A stretch of DNA of 64,000 nucleotides. Origin: an uncultured Bacteroidales bacterium (lineage in GTDB: Bacteria; Bacteroidota; Bacteroidia; Bacteroidales; UBA932). The DNA is taken from assembly GCA_949289565.1 (NCBI GenBank), contig CASEOO010000030.1, positions 145,813-209,812 of the forward strand. The letters are read 5' to 3'. Made by a program: the position numbers and the translations under genes. The notes under the pieces were generated by a model that saw nothing but the letters and a program-made list of their open reading frames with translations, had not been told where the DNA came from and did not search any database. Positions 37,757-47,100 of this stretch are shown piece after piece (position 1 is the stretch's first letter; every line of letters begins with the position of its first letter).

Positions 37757-37975
37757 GAGGGTGACTCAAAAGGGCTTTTGGTCACCCTCAAACGTCTTTC
37801 TTGGAAAGACTGGACCCATCCTAACCCCCTCTGTTCGCTTTCGAATGTCCACCGGACATTCTCATAGAACCGCTCTCGACCCCTATTAGGGGGATCTCGC
37901 TCCTTCCAGTCGCGGTCACTTCGTGACTTTTGACCCGCCCTCTCAAACGTCTTTCTTGGAAAGACTGAACTCTTC
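37757..37975 (-). other. Densely structured intercistronic element with a 26-nt perfect direct repeat (candidate cis-regulatory RNA or ncRNA)
   Basis: CTCAAACGTCTTTCTTGGAAAGACTG occurs at 37787-37812 and 37942-37967, and each copy contains a 7-bp hairpin. A 7-bp closing helix (37808-37814 with 37905-37911) encloses perfect hairpins at 37843-37861 and 37880-37892. Further hairpins lie at 37915-37927 and 37757-37789. The strand is inferred from the flanking genes. Confidence 0.3.
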
Positions 37976-38004
37976 AATTTTTCGCAAGCCTCGTGGCTGC
38001 CGTC

Positions 38005-39522
38005 TTATATAAGCGGCTCTCCAGTCATTGCCGCAGGCTGAGGGATGCCCATCAGCTTCAGGATGGTAGGAGCGACGTCTGCGAGTTTCCCGTCTTTCAC
38101 GCTGTCTACTCCGGCGTTGATGACGATGAACTGCACAGTATTCAGCGAGTGCGCGGTGTTTGGAGATCCGTCTTCGTTGTAAGCGTGGTCTGCATTGCCG
38201 TGATCTGCAGTCAGGAGGACGACATAGTCATTGGCGACAGCCGTCTCTACGACTTCTTTCACGCATTTGTCCACTTTGGCTACCGCACGGCAGATGGCAG
38301 AGAATACGCCGGTGTGGCCTACCATGTCTCCGTTCGCGAAGTTCAGGATGACCATATCTTCCTTCCCTGTCTTCAGCACTTCGGTGAGCTTCTCAGTCAC
38401 TTCCTGTGCGCTCATTTCCGGGAGCAGGTCATATGTAGGGACTTTCGGCGAGTTCACCAGGATTCTGTCTTCATTTTCGAACTGGTCCTCGCGGCCTCCG
38501 TTGAAGAAGAAGGTTACATGTGCATATTTTTCAGTTTCGGCGATGCGGAGCTGATGCTTTCCAGCCTTGGCCACAGTCTCTCCGAGGGTGTCCTGTACGT
38601 TCTCCTTGTTGAACAAGATGTGGACTCCGTGGAATTTGTCATCGTATGGAGTGAAGCAGCAGTAGTACAGAGGCAGAGTCTTCATTCCGAAGTCCGGCAT
38701 GTCTTCCTGGGTGAGCACAGCTGTGATTTCACGGGCGCGGTCGTTCCTGAAATTGAAAAATATCACGGCGTCGCCTTCCTGGATGGTGCCCACAGGATTC
38801 CCGTCAGCGCCTGCGATGCATATAGGCTTGATGAATTCGTCTGTCACTCCTTCGTCGTATGAAGCTTGGATGCCTTCTGCGGCGGATGTGAATTTTGCGC
38901 CTTCTCCCTTGACCAGCATGTCATAGGCCAGCTTCACTCTTTCCCATCTCTTGTCGCGGTCCATGGCATAGTAACGTCCGCATATTGACGCCACTTTGCC
39001 TGTGGTCTCGGACATCTTCTTTTCCAGTTCCTCCACGAAGCCTTTCCCGCTTCTCGGGTCTGTGTCGCGCCCGTCCATGAAGCAGTGCACGAAGACTTTT
39101 TCAAGCCCGTACTGCTTCGCAACTGACAGGAATTCATATACGTGAGCCAGCGAGCTGTGCACTCCTCCCATGGATGCGAGCCCCATCAGGTGGAGCTGCT
39201 TCCCGTTCTTGGCGGCGTAGTCGTATACGGCCTTGATTTCAGGGTTGTCGAGCAGTTTGTGGTCTCTGCAGGCCATATTGATTTTCACGAGGTCCTGATA
39301 TACGACTCTGCCCGCGCCCAGGTTCAGATGGCCTACTTCGGAGTTTCCCATCTGGCCGTCAGGAAGACCCACATATTCTCCGCAAGCCTGGAGGTGGCTG
39401 AATGGATATTTGGCTCTCAGGGATTCTATATATGGAGCTCCCTGAGTGTAGATGGCGTTTGTCCAGTTGTGTTTGCCCTCGCCCCATCCGTCGAGGATCA
39501 TGAGAAGAACTTTTCTATTCAT
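38005..39522 (-). CDS. gpmI: 2,3-bisphosphoglycerate-independent phosphoglycerate mutase
   Basis: 505-aa ORF ([14 protein letters not shown] ... [12 protein letters not shown] ... TADHGNA). Confidence 0.95.
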   Translation of the reverse strand: MNRKVLLMILDGWGEGKHNWTNAIYTQGAPYIESLRAKYPFSHLQACGEYVGLPDGQMGNSEVGHLNLGAGRVVYQDLVKINMACRDHKLLDNPEIKAVYDYAAKNGKQLHLMGLASMGGVHSSLAHVYEFLSVAKQYGLEKVFVHCFMDGRDTDPRSGKGFVEELEKKMSETTGKVASICGRYYAMDRDKRWERVKLAYDMLVKGEGAKFTSAAEGIQASYDEGVTDEFIKPICIAGADGNPVGTIQEGDAVIFFNFRNDRAREITAVLTQEDMPDFGMKTLPLYYCCFTPYDDKFHGVHILFNKENVQDTLGETVAKAGKHQLRIAETEKYAHVTFFFNGGREDQFENEDRILVNSPKVPTYDLLPEMSAQEVTEKLTEVLKTGKEDMVILNFANGDMVGHTGVFSAICRAVAKVDKCVKEVVETAVANDYVVLLTADHGNADHAYNEDGSPNTAHSLNTVQFIVINAGVDSVKDGKLADVAPTILKLMGIPQPAAMTGEPLI

Positions 39523-39565
39523 ATTGCAATTTGATGAAATTTCATCGAGTTAATGTATATTTTAT

Positions 39566-39573
39566 TAAATTTG
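39566..39573 (+). promoter_or_regulatory. -7 promoter box (TAAATTTG) for rnr
   Basis: Exact TAnnTTTG 33 nt upstream of the ATG at 39606. Confidence 0.4.
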
Positions 39574-39584
39574 TGACTAATTCG

Positions 39585-39592
39585 CAAAGATA
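39585..39592 (-). promoter_or_regulatory. -7 promoter box (TATCTTTG) for gpmI
   Basis: Exact TAnnTTTG on the minus strand, 62 nt upstream of the ATG at 39522. Interleaved with the rnr promoter. Confidence 0.4.
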
Positions 39593-39605
39593 CAAATTTT
39601 TTATT

Positions 39606-41945
39606 ATGGCGGCGAGAAACAGAAGAAACAGAAGCGAGAAGAAAGAGAAAAAAGAAAAGAGGCCTGTTCTGACATTGACCGGAAGGGTCCAGATGACCAG
39701 AGAAGGGTATATTTTTGTCATCGTGGAAGGTGAAGCCGATGATGTGTTTGTGAAAGCGTCGAAGACGAAAGGCGCTCTGAACGGGGATATCGTGAAGGTG
39801 GCTGTGACGAAGGAGAAGGCCGGCGGGCAGAGGCGTGAAGGCATGGTGGTGGAGATTGTGGAGCGTTCGCGGAAGCCTTTTGTGGGAATACTGCATGTGG
39901 TCGGAGATCAGGCCTGGGTGCTTATGGAGAGCCGGGTGATGCCGTATGATATCGTGATACCAGTCATAGGGGCTGCGCCTGTGGGCTTCAAGAAGCGGAA
40001 AGAGCGGCTTGGCAGAGAAGGGAATCCCGAACAGGGCCCTGACAGGACCGGGTTTTTGAAAAAGACCGGGGATGACTCTTTTTCGGTGATAGGCGTATAT
40101 GAAACAGTGGACGGCGTCCGCAGCGAGCTGAAGGCACGTGCAGGCATGAAGGTGGCCGCTCTGGTGGACCACTGGGAGAAGAGCGAGGCCGCCCCTGTAG
40201 GACATCTGGTGGATGTGCTGGGAGAGCCTGGGGAGAATGATACCGAGATGCATGCTATATTGGCTGAATACGCCCTTCCGTACAGGTTCGAGCCTGAGGT
40301 GGAGAATGCCGCGGATGCTATTTCAGACCAGATCACGGCTGAAGACCTGAAAGGCAGAAGAGATTTCAGGGAGGTGACGACATTCACCATCGACCCTGCC
40401 GATGCGAAGGACTTTGACGATGCATTGTCTTTCAGAAAGCTGGAGAACGGGAACTTCGAGGTCGGTGTGCATATCGCCGATGTGACATATTATGTTAAGC
40501 CAGGAAGCATCGTCGATGAAGAGGCGAGGAACAGAGGCACTTCGGTCTATCTGGTGGACCGGACTGTGCCTATGCTTCCGGAAAAGCTGTCGAACAAGCT
40601 GTGCTCTCTCCGCCCGAACGAGGAGAAGCTATGTTTTTCAGCCGTTTTCGAACTGACTCCTCTTGCCCGCGTGGAATCGCAGTGGTTCGGTCGGACGGTC
40701 ATAGAGTCCGACTACAGGTTCGCTTATGAAAACGCCCAGCAGATCATCGAGGCAGGGAAAAAGGCGATGGAAACCGATTTTGTCTTCTCTGCATCCGGTC
40801 AGGAGAAGAAAGTCCCTGACGAGGTGAAAGAAGCGGTGGTGACGCTGAATGCATTGGCCTCCAAACTGAGAAAGAAAAGATTCGCGGCCGGGGCCATCAG
40901 TTTCGAGCGCCCGGAGATGAAGGTGGAAGTGGATGAAAAAGGCCGTCCTGTGAATGTCTATCAGAAGGTCTCCAAAGAAGCGAACTGGCTTATCGAGGAG
41001 TTCATGCTTCTGGCGAACCGCTGCGTGGCTGAGTTTGTGGCCACTAAATGCAAGACTCCGGCTTCGAAAGGCCGCAAGTCCGAGGCCAAGACCTTTGTCT
41101 ACCGTATCCATGACGAGCCGAATCAGGAAAAACTTGAAAATCTCCGCGGTTTTGTAGGCAATTTCGGCTACACTCTCGGCCAGATGAATTCCGGAAAAGA
41201 GATCTCCAAAGAGCTGAACCGCCTCTTCGCCGAGGCCAAGGACAAGCCCGAATTCAATGCCATCGAACTTTTGTCCTTGCGGACAATGGCCAAAGCCTGC
41301 TACAGCACAGACAATATCGGACATTATGGCCTGGCATTCAAATATTACACTCATTTCACCTCCCCTATCAGGCGTTATCCGGATATGATGGTGCACAGGC
41401 TTCTGGCCATGTATCTGGACGGAGTCCAGTCCCAGAAGAAAGAATATTACGAGGGACTGTGCAAGTATGCATCGGAAAGGGAAGTAGTGGCGGCCGATGC
41501 TGAACGCTCAAGCATCAAGTACAAGCTTGTGGAATTCATGCAGGACAAGGTGGGCTATGAGTTCGAAGGCCATATATCGGGCCTTACAGACTGGGGAATG
41601 TATGTGGAAATAGAGCCGACCAAGATAGAAGGCATGGTGGCTTTGCGGGACATAAAGTCGGATTTCTATGAATTCGACGAGGAAAGATACCGTATAGTAG
41701 GGCGCAGCTCCAAGATGGTGTACAATCTGGGCGACCCTGTGAAAATCCGTGTGAAGAAAGCTAATCTGGAGCAGAAGCTTCTGGATTACGAACTGGTGGA
41801 GACCGGTATAGAGGATCGCATTTCAGAGCAGGAGGCGGCCGCCCTGCAGGCGGAACGCGAGGCTCGCAAGGCTGCGCGCAAAGAGAAAATCCGCCGCGAT
41901 ATCAAGGCATCTAAAAAGCGTAAGGCCAGAACGAAAAAACAGTGA
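39606..41945 (+). CDS. rnr: Ribonuclease R
   Basis: RNB catalytic domain (TIDPADAKDFDDALS, HYGLAFKYYTHFTSPIRRYPD), an S1 domain and Lys/Arg-rich N- and C-terminal tails. I prefer the ATG at 39606 (MAARNRRNR) over the start at 39531. Confidence 0.9.
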   Translation: MAARNRRNRSEKKEKKEKRPVLTLTGRVQMTREGYIFVIVEGEADDVFVKASKTKGALNGDIVKVAVTKEKAGGQRREGMVVEIVERSRKPFVGILHVVGDQAWVLMESRVMPYDIVIPVIGAAPVGFKKRKERLGREGNPEQGPDRTGFLKKTGDDSFSVIGVYETVDGVRSELKARAGMKVAALVDHWEKSEAAPVGHLVDVLGEPGENDTEMHAILAEYALPYRFEPEVENAADAISDQITAEDLKGRRDFREVTTFTIDPADAKDFDDALSFRKLENGNFEVGVHIADVTYYVKPGSIVDEEARNRGTSVYLVDRTVPMLPEKLSNKLCSLRPNEEKLCFSAVFELTPLARVESQWFGRTVIESDYRFAYENAQQIIEAGKKAMETDFVFSASGQEKKVPDEVKEAVVTLNALASKLRKKRFAAGAISFERPEMKVEVDEKGRPVNVYQKVSKEANWLIEEFMLLANRCVAEFVATKCKTPASKGRKSEAKTFVYRIHDEPNQEKLENLRGFVGNFGYTLGQMNSGKEISKELNRLFAEAKDKPEFNAIELLSLRTMAKACYSTDNIGHYGLAFKYYTHFTSPIRRYPDMMVHRLLAMYLDGVQSQKKEYYEGLCKYASEREVVAADAERSSIKYKLVEFMQDKVGYEFEGHISGLTDWGMYVEIEPTKIEGMVALRDIKSDFYEFDEERYRIVGRSSKMVYNLGDPVKIRVKKANLEQKLLDYELVETGIEDRISEQEAAALQAEREARKAARKEKIRRDIKASKKRKARTKKQ

Positions 41946-42012
41946 AAATGTTATTAACCTGAGGCGGTGTTTTGCCGTCTCGTCCAATTGTTCCATTAAA
42001 TCTTTTTTATCT

Positions 42013-42804
42013 ATGAAAACAAAACTTATTTTAGTAGCGGCCGCCGCGCTGATGCTTCAGGGTCTCGCTGTGCCTGCGCTGGCGCAGATCACCACCGGCA
42101 AACCTTCATCGAAAGTCATCCGTACCGGGAACAGGGCGGAAGCTGGTGACTTCGGCCTTTATCTGGGAGCTAATCTGAACCTTTATGACGGATTCGAAGG
42201 CGAGACACAGTTCAAGGCTCTTCCGTTGCTTAACTTCAAGTATATGATGACAGACGAGGCCGAGCTGCGTCTGGGGCTGGAGCTTTACAAGGACTCTGAA
42301 AGGGCCAACGGATCTGTGGAAAACAATTCAAGCTTGATACCTGCCTCTTCACGCACATCTGATTCACGGGCTATGCTCTATCCTGGCTTCGCATGGCATT
42401 TTTCCAGCCGGAATCTTCTGGATGTGTATGTAGGAGCCGAGCTCCCTTTGGGCTGGGACAATTATACACTCGCATCGGAAAGCGGCGCTCCTGACGGTAA
42501 CGGCGTGTCTACTGCCATGGCTAAAACCACAAAACGCACCTTTATAGTGGGCCTTGGCGCATTTATCGGTATGCAGGCATATATAGCTGATCTTCCTCTG
42601 GCCCTGGGCGTGGAGCTGGGCATCAGCTCGAGGTATGACATCGGCACCAAATACAAGCACCAGTCGGAGACGAACGGCTCAGATCCGCAGATCTATTATA
42701 CCACGACTCTGGACCCTGGAGCTGTCCAGTATGACAAGCTGAGAGCCAGGACTGGCGAAATAGTGGGACAGGCCCGCATCACTCTGACTTATTACTTCAA
42801 ATGA
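42013..42804 (+). CDS. Putative outer-membrane beta-barrel protein
   Basis: 263-aa ORF with a signal peptide (LAVPALAQ), alternating amphipathic strands and a C-terminal LTYYFK. Confidence 0.55.
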   Translation: MKTKLILVAAAALMLQGLAVPALAQITTGKPSSKVIRTGNRAEAGDFGLYLGANLNLYDGFEGETQFKALPLLNFKYMMTDEAELRLGLELYKDSERANGSVENNSSLIPASSRTSDSRAMLYPGFAWHFSSRNLLDVYVGAELPLGWDNYTLASESGAPDGNGVSTAMAKTTKRTFIVGLGAFIGMQAYIADLPLALGVELGISSRYDIGTKYKHQSETNGSDPQIYYTTTLDPGAVQYDKLRARTGEIVGQARITLTYYFK

Positions 42805-43232
42805 ATGGGATTATGAAACTATATAGATTCTTGCTGCTGGCTGCAGTCGTTGCCAGTCTGTCAGCCTGCAGCGTTACAAGGCACAGGCCTTATGCCGTGG
42901 AGGACACGCGGCTGAATCTGGCGATGTCGGACCTGGAGTATCTCGGCGAATCGGAGATAAGCGTTGACTACAGGAAGTATGCAGGCTTCATTACAGTGAT
43001 CGACAGCATCAACGGAGTGCCGTATGACGGGGTGGAAATCAAGACTGCCGAGCTGGGCAATGTGCCTGGAGGCATGTATGACAAGCTTCACAGAGCGACG
43101 TATAAAGTCATCGAAGACTATCCTGAAGCCGAGTACTTCATGGTAGTGTCTCAAAACGTTTCCAGGACGCGTCTTTTCCTCGGGAGTGAAGTCAGTGTAA
43201 AAGCTAAAGTAAAAGCGTTCAAAATCAAATGA
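42801..43232 (+). CDS. Small lipoprotein of unknown function
   Basis: Lipobox (VVASLSAC). The start overlaps the upstream stop (ATGA). The alternative start MKLYRF at 42813 is equally plausible. Confidence 0.55.
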   Translation: MNGIMKLYRFLLLAAVVASLSACSVTRHRPYAVEDTRLNLAMSDLEYLGESEISVDYRKYAGFITVIDSINGVPYDGVEIKTAELGNVPGGMYDKLHRATYKVIEDYPEAEYFMVVSQNVSRTRLFLGSEVSVKAKVKAFKIK

Positions 43233-44056
43233 AAAAGTTCCTGATCCTGCTATCCTCTGTCCTGGCGATGATGCCGGGATGCATGTCTGAAAAAGATGCC
43301 TCGGATGTGATTCTGCTTGTCGATCCTTCGTATGTCAAAGCGGCCGAAGGGGATGTCGTCAGATTCAATATCGAGACATGGACTCTCCATGACCATATGG
43401 CATTGCTGGAGATATCGTCATTTGACCAGAAGACAGGGGAGGCAGGATTGGAATCCAGAACATTGGATGCCAGGAAGTATACAGGAGAATTCCTGTACAT
43501 TGTTCCAGAAACAGGGGGAGAAATCTCCAGGGTGGAAATTTCTTTTGAGTCCACAGACAATATGGGCAATACACAGTCTGTCACAGTTTATGTGGACATT
43601 TCGGGTGATGATGCAGCCATGGAAGAGTCCGCCTCTTCGGTGATGATGTATTCCCCGGCTTCAGGAAAACCGGACGGCTTTTCTTTGAAGACACTCCAGA
43701 CGCTGTATGTGTCGGCGTCAGAGAGTGCGGATGTGGATATATATGTGCGAGAGGCAGAGGAGACGGATGATCCTGACCGGATGAGCACTTCGTGGATGTC
43801 CGGGTCCGGACTTCTTTTCTGCAAGATGTCATCGGGCGTGGACTATGCCTCTATCACTCCATCACGTCTGAGGGCACTTTACGAGGCGTCCACTCTTTCT
43901 AAAACCGCAGTGGGCATCCGCCAGGGAGATGTGATATTGGTCGGCACTGACACCTCCCCTCTGGGAATCATTTTGGTGACAGGTGTATATGATGACCCAG
44001 GCACTGAGAACGACCGCTATATCTTCAATATAAAAGTTTTGCCGGACGGCCAATAG
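43229..44056 (+). CDS. Lipoprotein of unknown function
   Basis: Lipobox (LAMMPGC). The start overlaps the upstream stop (ATGA). 275 aa with no motif I recognise. Confidence 0.55.
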   Translation: MKKFLILLSSVLAMMPGCMSEKDASDVILLVDPSYVKAAEGDVVRFNIETWTLHDHMALLEISSFDQKTGEAGLESRTLDARKYTGEFLYIVPETGGEISRVEISFESTDNMGNTQSVTVYVDISGDDAAMEESASSVMMYSPASGKPDGFSLKTLQTLYVSASESADVDIYVREAEETDDPDRMSTSWMSGSGLLFCKMSSGVDYASITPSRLRALYEASTLSKTAVGIRQGDVILVGTDTSPLGIILVTGVYDDPGTENDRYIFNIKVLPDGQ

Positions 44057-44133
44057 TTCTATATGAAAAAATCTTCGTGACAGGGTTTATAGTGCTTCCA
44101 GGCCGGCGTTGTCAAGAATAGGCTTGAAACGGA

Positions 44134-47100
44134 ATGGGTGTCATAGCGTTCATAGATACGGAAATTGAAGCGAAGCATGGAAAGATTCTGGATGCTGGCG
44201 GCTTCAGGTCTGACGGACGCGAATACCACGGCCGTTCGATGACGGATTTCGCAAATTTTCTGAAAGGGGCGGATTATCTGTGCGGGCACAATGCCATCAA
44301 TCATGATTTAAAATATCTGGAGTCTGCAATCCCTTCTGTCAGCAGAATGAAGGACAGGACGATAGATACACTGTACTGGTCGCCTCTCCTTTTCCCGAGA
44401 AGACCTTATCATGCTCTCCTGAAAGATGACAAGCTTCAGGCTGACGAGCTCAACAATCCTCTTAATGATTCGAAAAAAGCATGTGACTTATTCAATGATG
44501 AAGTTGCTGCTTTTCTGAGGTTGAACGAGAATCTGAAAGAGATTTATTTCCGGTTGCTGGGCTCTGTCTCTGAATTCAAGGCTTTTTTCAGTTTTATGGA
44601 TTATCCAGAATCCGGAAAATCGAATGGCGGCTTTATTTCCAGGATGTTTCCAGGCATGTCTGCGAGAGAAACCGAGCGCCTGATTAAAGAATACCTGGGT
44701 GGCAGGATATGTGCCAATGCAAAGCTGGAGAAATATGTGTTGTCAGAGCCCGTGGCTCTTTCATATGCAGTCGCCATTGTTGATACGATGACTGCTGATC
44801 ATTCGGAACGGTCGCTGACTCCGCCATGGGTGTTGAGGAATTTTCCGGCTGTGGAGCAGATTGTTTTCAGACTCAGGTCTTCCCCGTGCCTGAAAGGATG
44901 CCAGTATTGCCGTGAGGCATCAGACATTCATGCAGGATTGAAAAGATGGTTCGGGTTCAGCTCGTTCAGGACATACGACGGCGAGCCGCTTCAGGAAAAG
45001 GCGGTGAGAGCGGCCATGGAAAACAAGTCCCTGCTGGCAGTGTTCCCTACTGGGGGAGGCAAGTCTCTTACTTTCCAGCTGCCTGCGCTTATGGCAGGGG
45101 AAAATGCATCGGCCCTGACAGTGGTTATTTCTCCGCTCCAGTCTTTGATGAAGGACCAGGTAGATAATCTGGAAACCAAAGGTGTCACTGAGGCCGTGAC
45201 AGTGAACGGTTTGCTGGACCCGATAGAACGGGCCAAGTCGTTTGAACGTGTCGAAAATGGTTCTGCTTCCATTTTGTATATTTCTCCGGAAGCATTGCGC
45301 TCGGTATCGATTGAACGGATATTGCTCAAGCGGAATATCGCCAGATTTGTGATAGATGAAGCTCACTGTTTTTCATCATGGGGGCAGGATTTCCGTGTGG
45401 ATTATCTATATATCGCAGATTTCATCAAGTCGATACAGGAGAAGAAGAATTTGCAGGAAAGCATTCCGGTGTCATGTTTCACTGCCACGGCCAAGCCTCA
45501 GGTCATCGAAGATATCATGTCTTATTTCAAAAGCCATTTATATATTGACCTGGAGCTTTTCACTGCCGCAGTGTCGCGCCCGAATCTTCATTATACCGTA
45601 TTGCCGGAGGCAGATGACACTGAGAAGTATCAGGCACTCCGGAGACTGCTGGAAGGAAATGACTGTCCGGCGATAGTTTATGTGACCAGGACGAAAAAGG
45701 CAGAAGAGATAGCGGAGTATTTGAGGCAGGATGGTTTCCAGGCATGTGCTTATCACGGTAAAATGTCATCAGAAACCAAAATCGCGAACCAGAATGCATT
45801 TATGGACGGAAGTGTCAGGATAATGGTGGCGACTTCTGCATTCGGGATGGGTGTGGACAAGAGCGATGTCGGCCTGGTGGTTCATTTTGAAATTTCAGAT
45901 TCACTGGAAAATTATGTGCAGGAGGCTGGAAGGGCGGGAAGGGATCAGAGTATTGAGGCAGACTGTTATGTGCTTTTCAATGAAGACGACCTGTCCAAGC
46001 ATTTCCTTCTTCTTAACCAGACCAAGATGACCATCAAGGAAATCCGCCAGGTCTGGAAGGCTGTCAAGGATTTGACACGCTTCCGTTCCAGAATTTCCAA
46101 TTCCGCTCTGGAAATAGCGAGGCAGGCCGGATGGGATGACGGCGTCTCGGATATTGAAACCAGGGTAAGGACTGCATTGGCGTCGCTGGAGCAGGCCGGC
46201 TACTTGAAACGTGGCCAGAATATGCCCCGGATTTTTGCTACGGGCATTCTTGCCAGGACTGCGCAGGAGGCGATAGACAAGATAGAGAGTTCTCCAAGGT
46301 TTGATGAAGGCCGGACCAGGGAGCATGCAGTCAGGATAATAAAAATGCTGGTGGCCAGCCGAAGCCGTAAAGGGTCGCCTTTAGATGAGGCAGAGTCTCG
46401 GGTGGACTATATAAGCGATCTGCTTGGGATTCCTAAGAAAGATACAGTGCATGCCATCAATCTGCTGCGCGAAGAAAGGATATTGGCGGATTCAAAGGAT
46501 GTCACTGCGTACTTCTCGAAAGACGACAGTGCCAGGAAGCCGGTGGCCGCGTTAAATTCTTTTGCCGCAGTTGAAAATTTCCTGTCAGGCCAGATAAAGG
46601 ATTGCGATGCCGTCAAGTGGGAGTATAAATGGCTCAATGAAACAGCATCATCGGCCGGAGTGAAGGGAGCGGCAGAGAAGAATGTCAAGACTATATTGAA
46701 TATCTGGGCGATAAATGGCTGGATAAAGAAAAGGTCGCATTCCGGCTCCAAAAATGTGGTAGAGGTCAAGTCTGAAATTCCGGCGGAAAAATTGAAGGAG
46801 CGGATTCAGGAGCGGCAGAAGCTGGCGCTTTTTATCGTGGAATATATTTACGGGCTTGTATCTGCAAATCCGGAAGCCTATGATACAGGATATGTGGATT
46901 TTTCCATTCTGGAATTGAAAGATGCTTATATAAATTCAGCCTTGGATTCTTCATCAGAGATTTCAGCTGATGATGTGGAGGATGCCCTCTTTTATCTTTC
47001 GAGGATCGGAGCTCTCAAGATTGAGGGAGGCTTCATGGTCATATACAATACTATGACTATCGAAAGGCTTGAAATGGACAATAAGAGACAATACAAAATC

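Noticed and set aside
37787-37967. The 26-nt perfect direct repeat considered as a mini CRISPR array.
   Set aside because: There are only two copies, separated by 129 nt, which is far longer than a spacer. There are no cas genes in the window, and the interval is itself highly structured. It is reported instead as a structured intercistronic element.
37726-37977. 83-aa minus-strand ORF in the gpmI/ROK intergenic region.
   Set aside because: Its translation is Arg/Ser/Glu-rich and spans the hairpin-dense repeat element. It has no start context or motif. RNA structure explains the region better.
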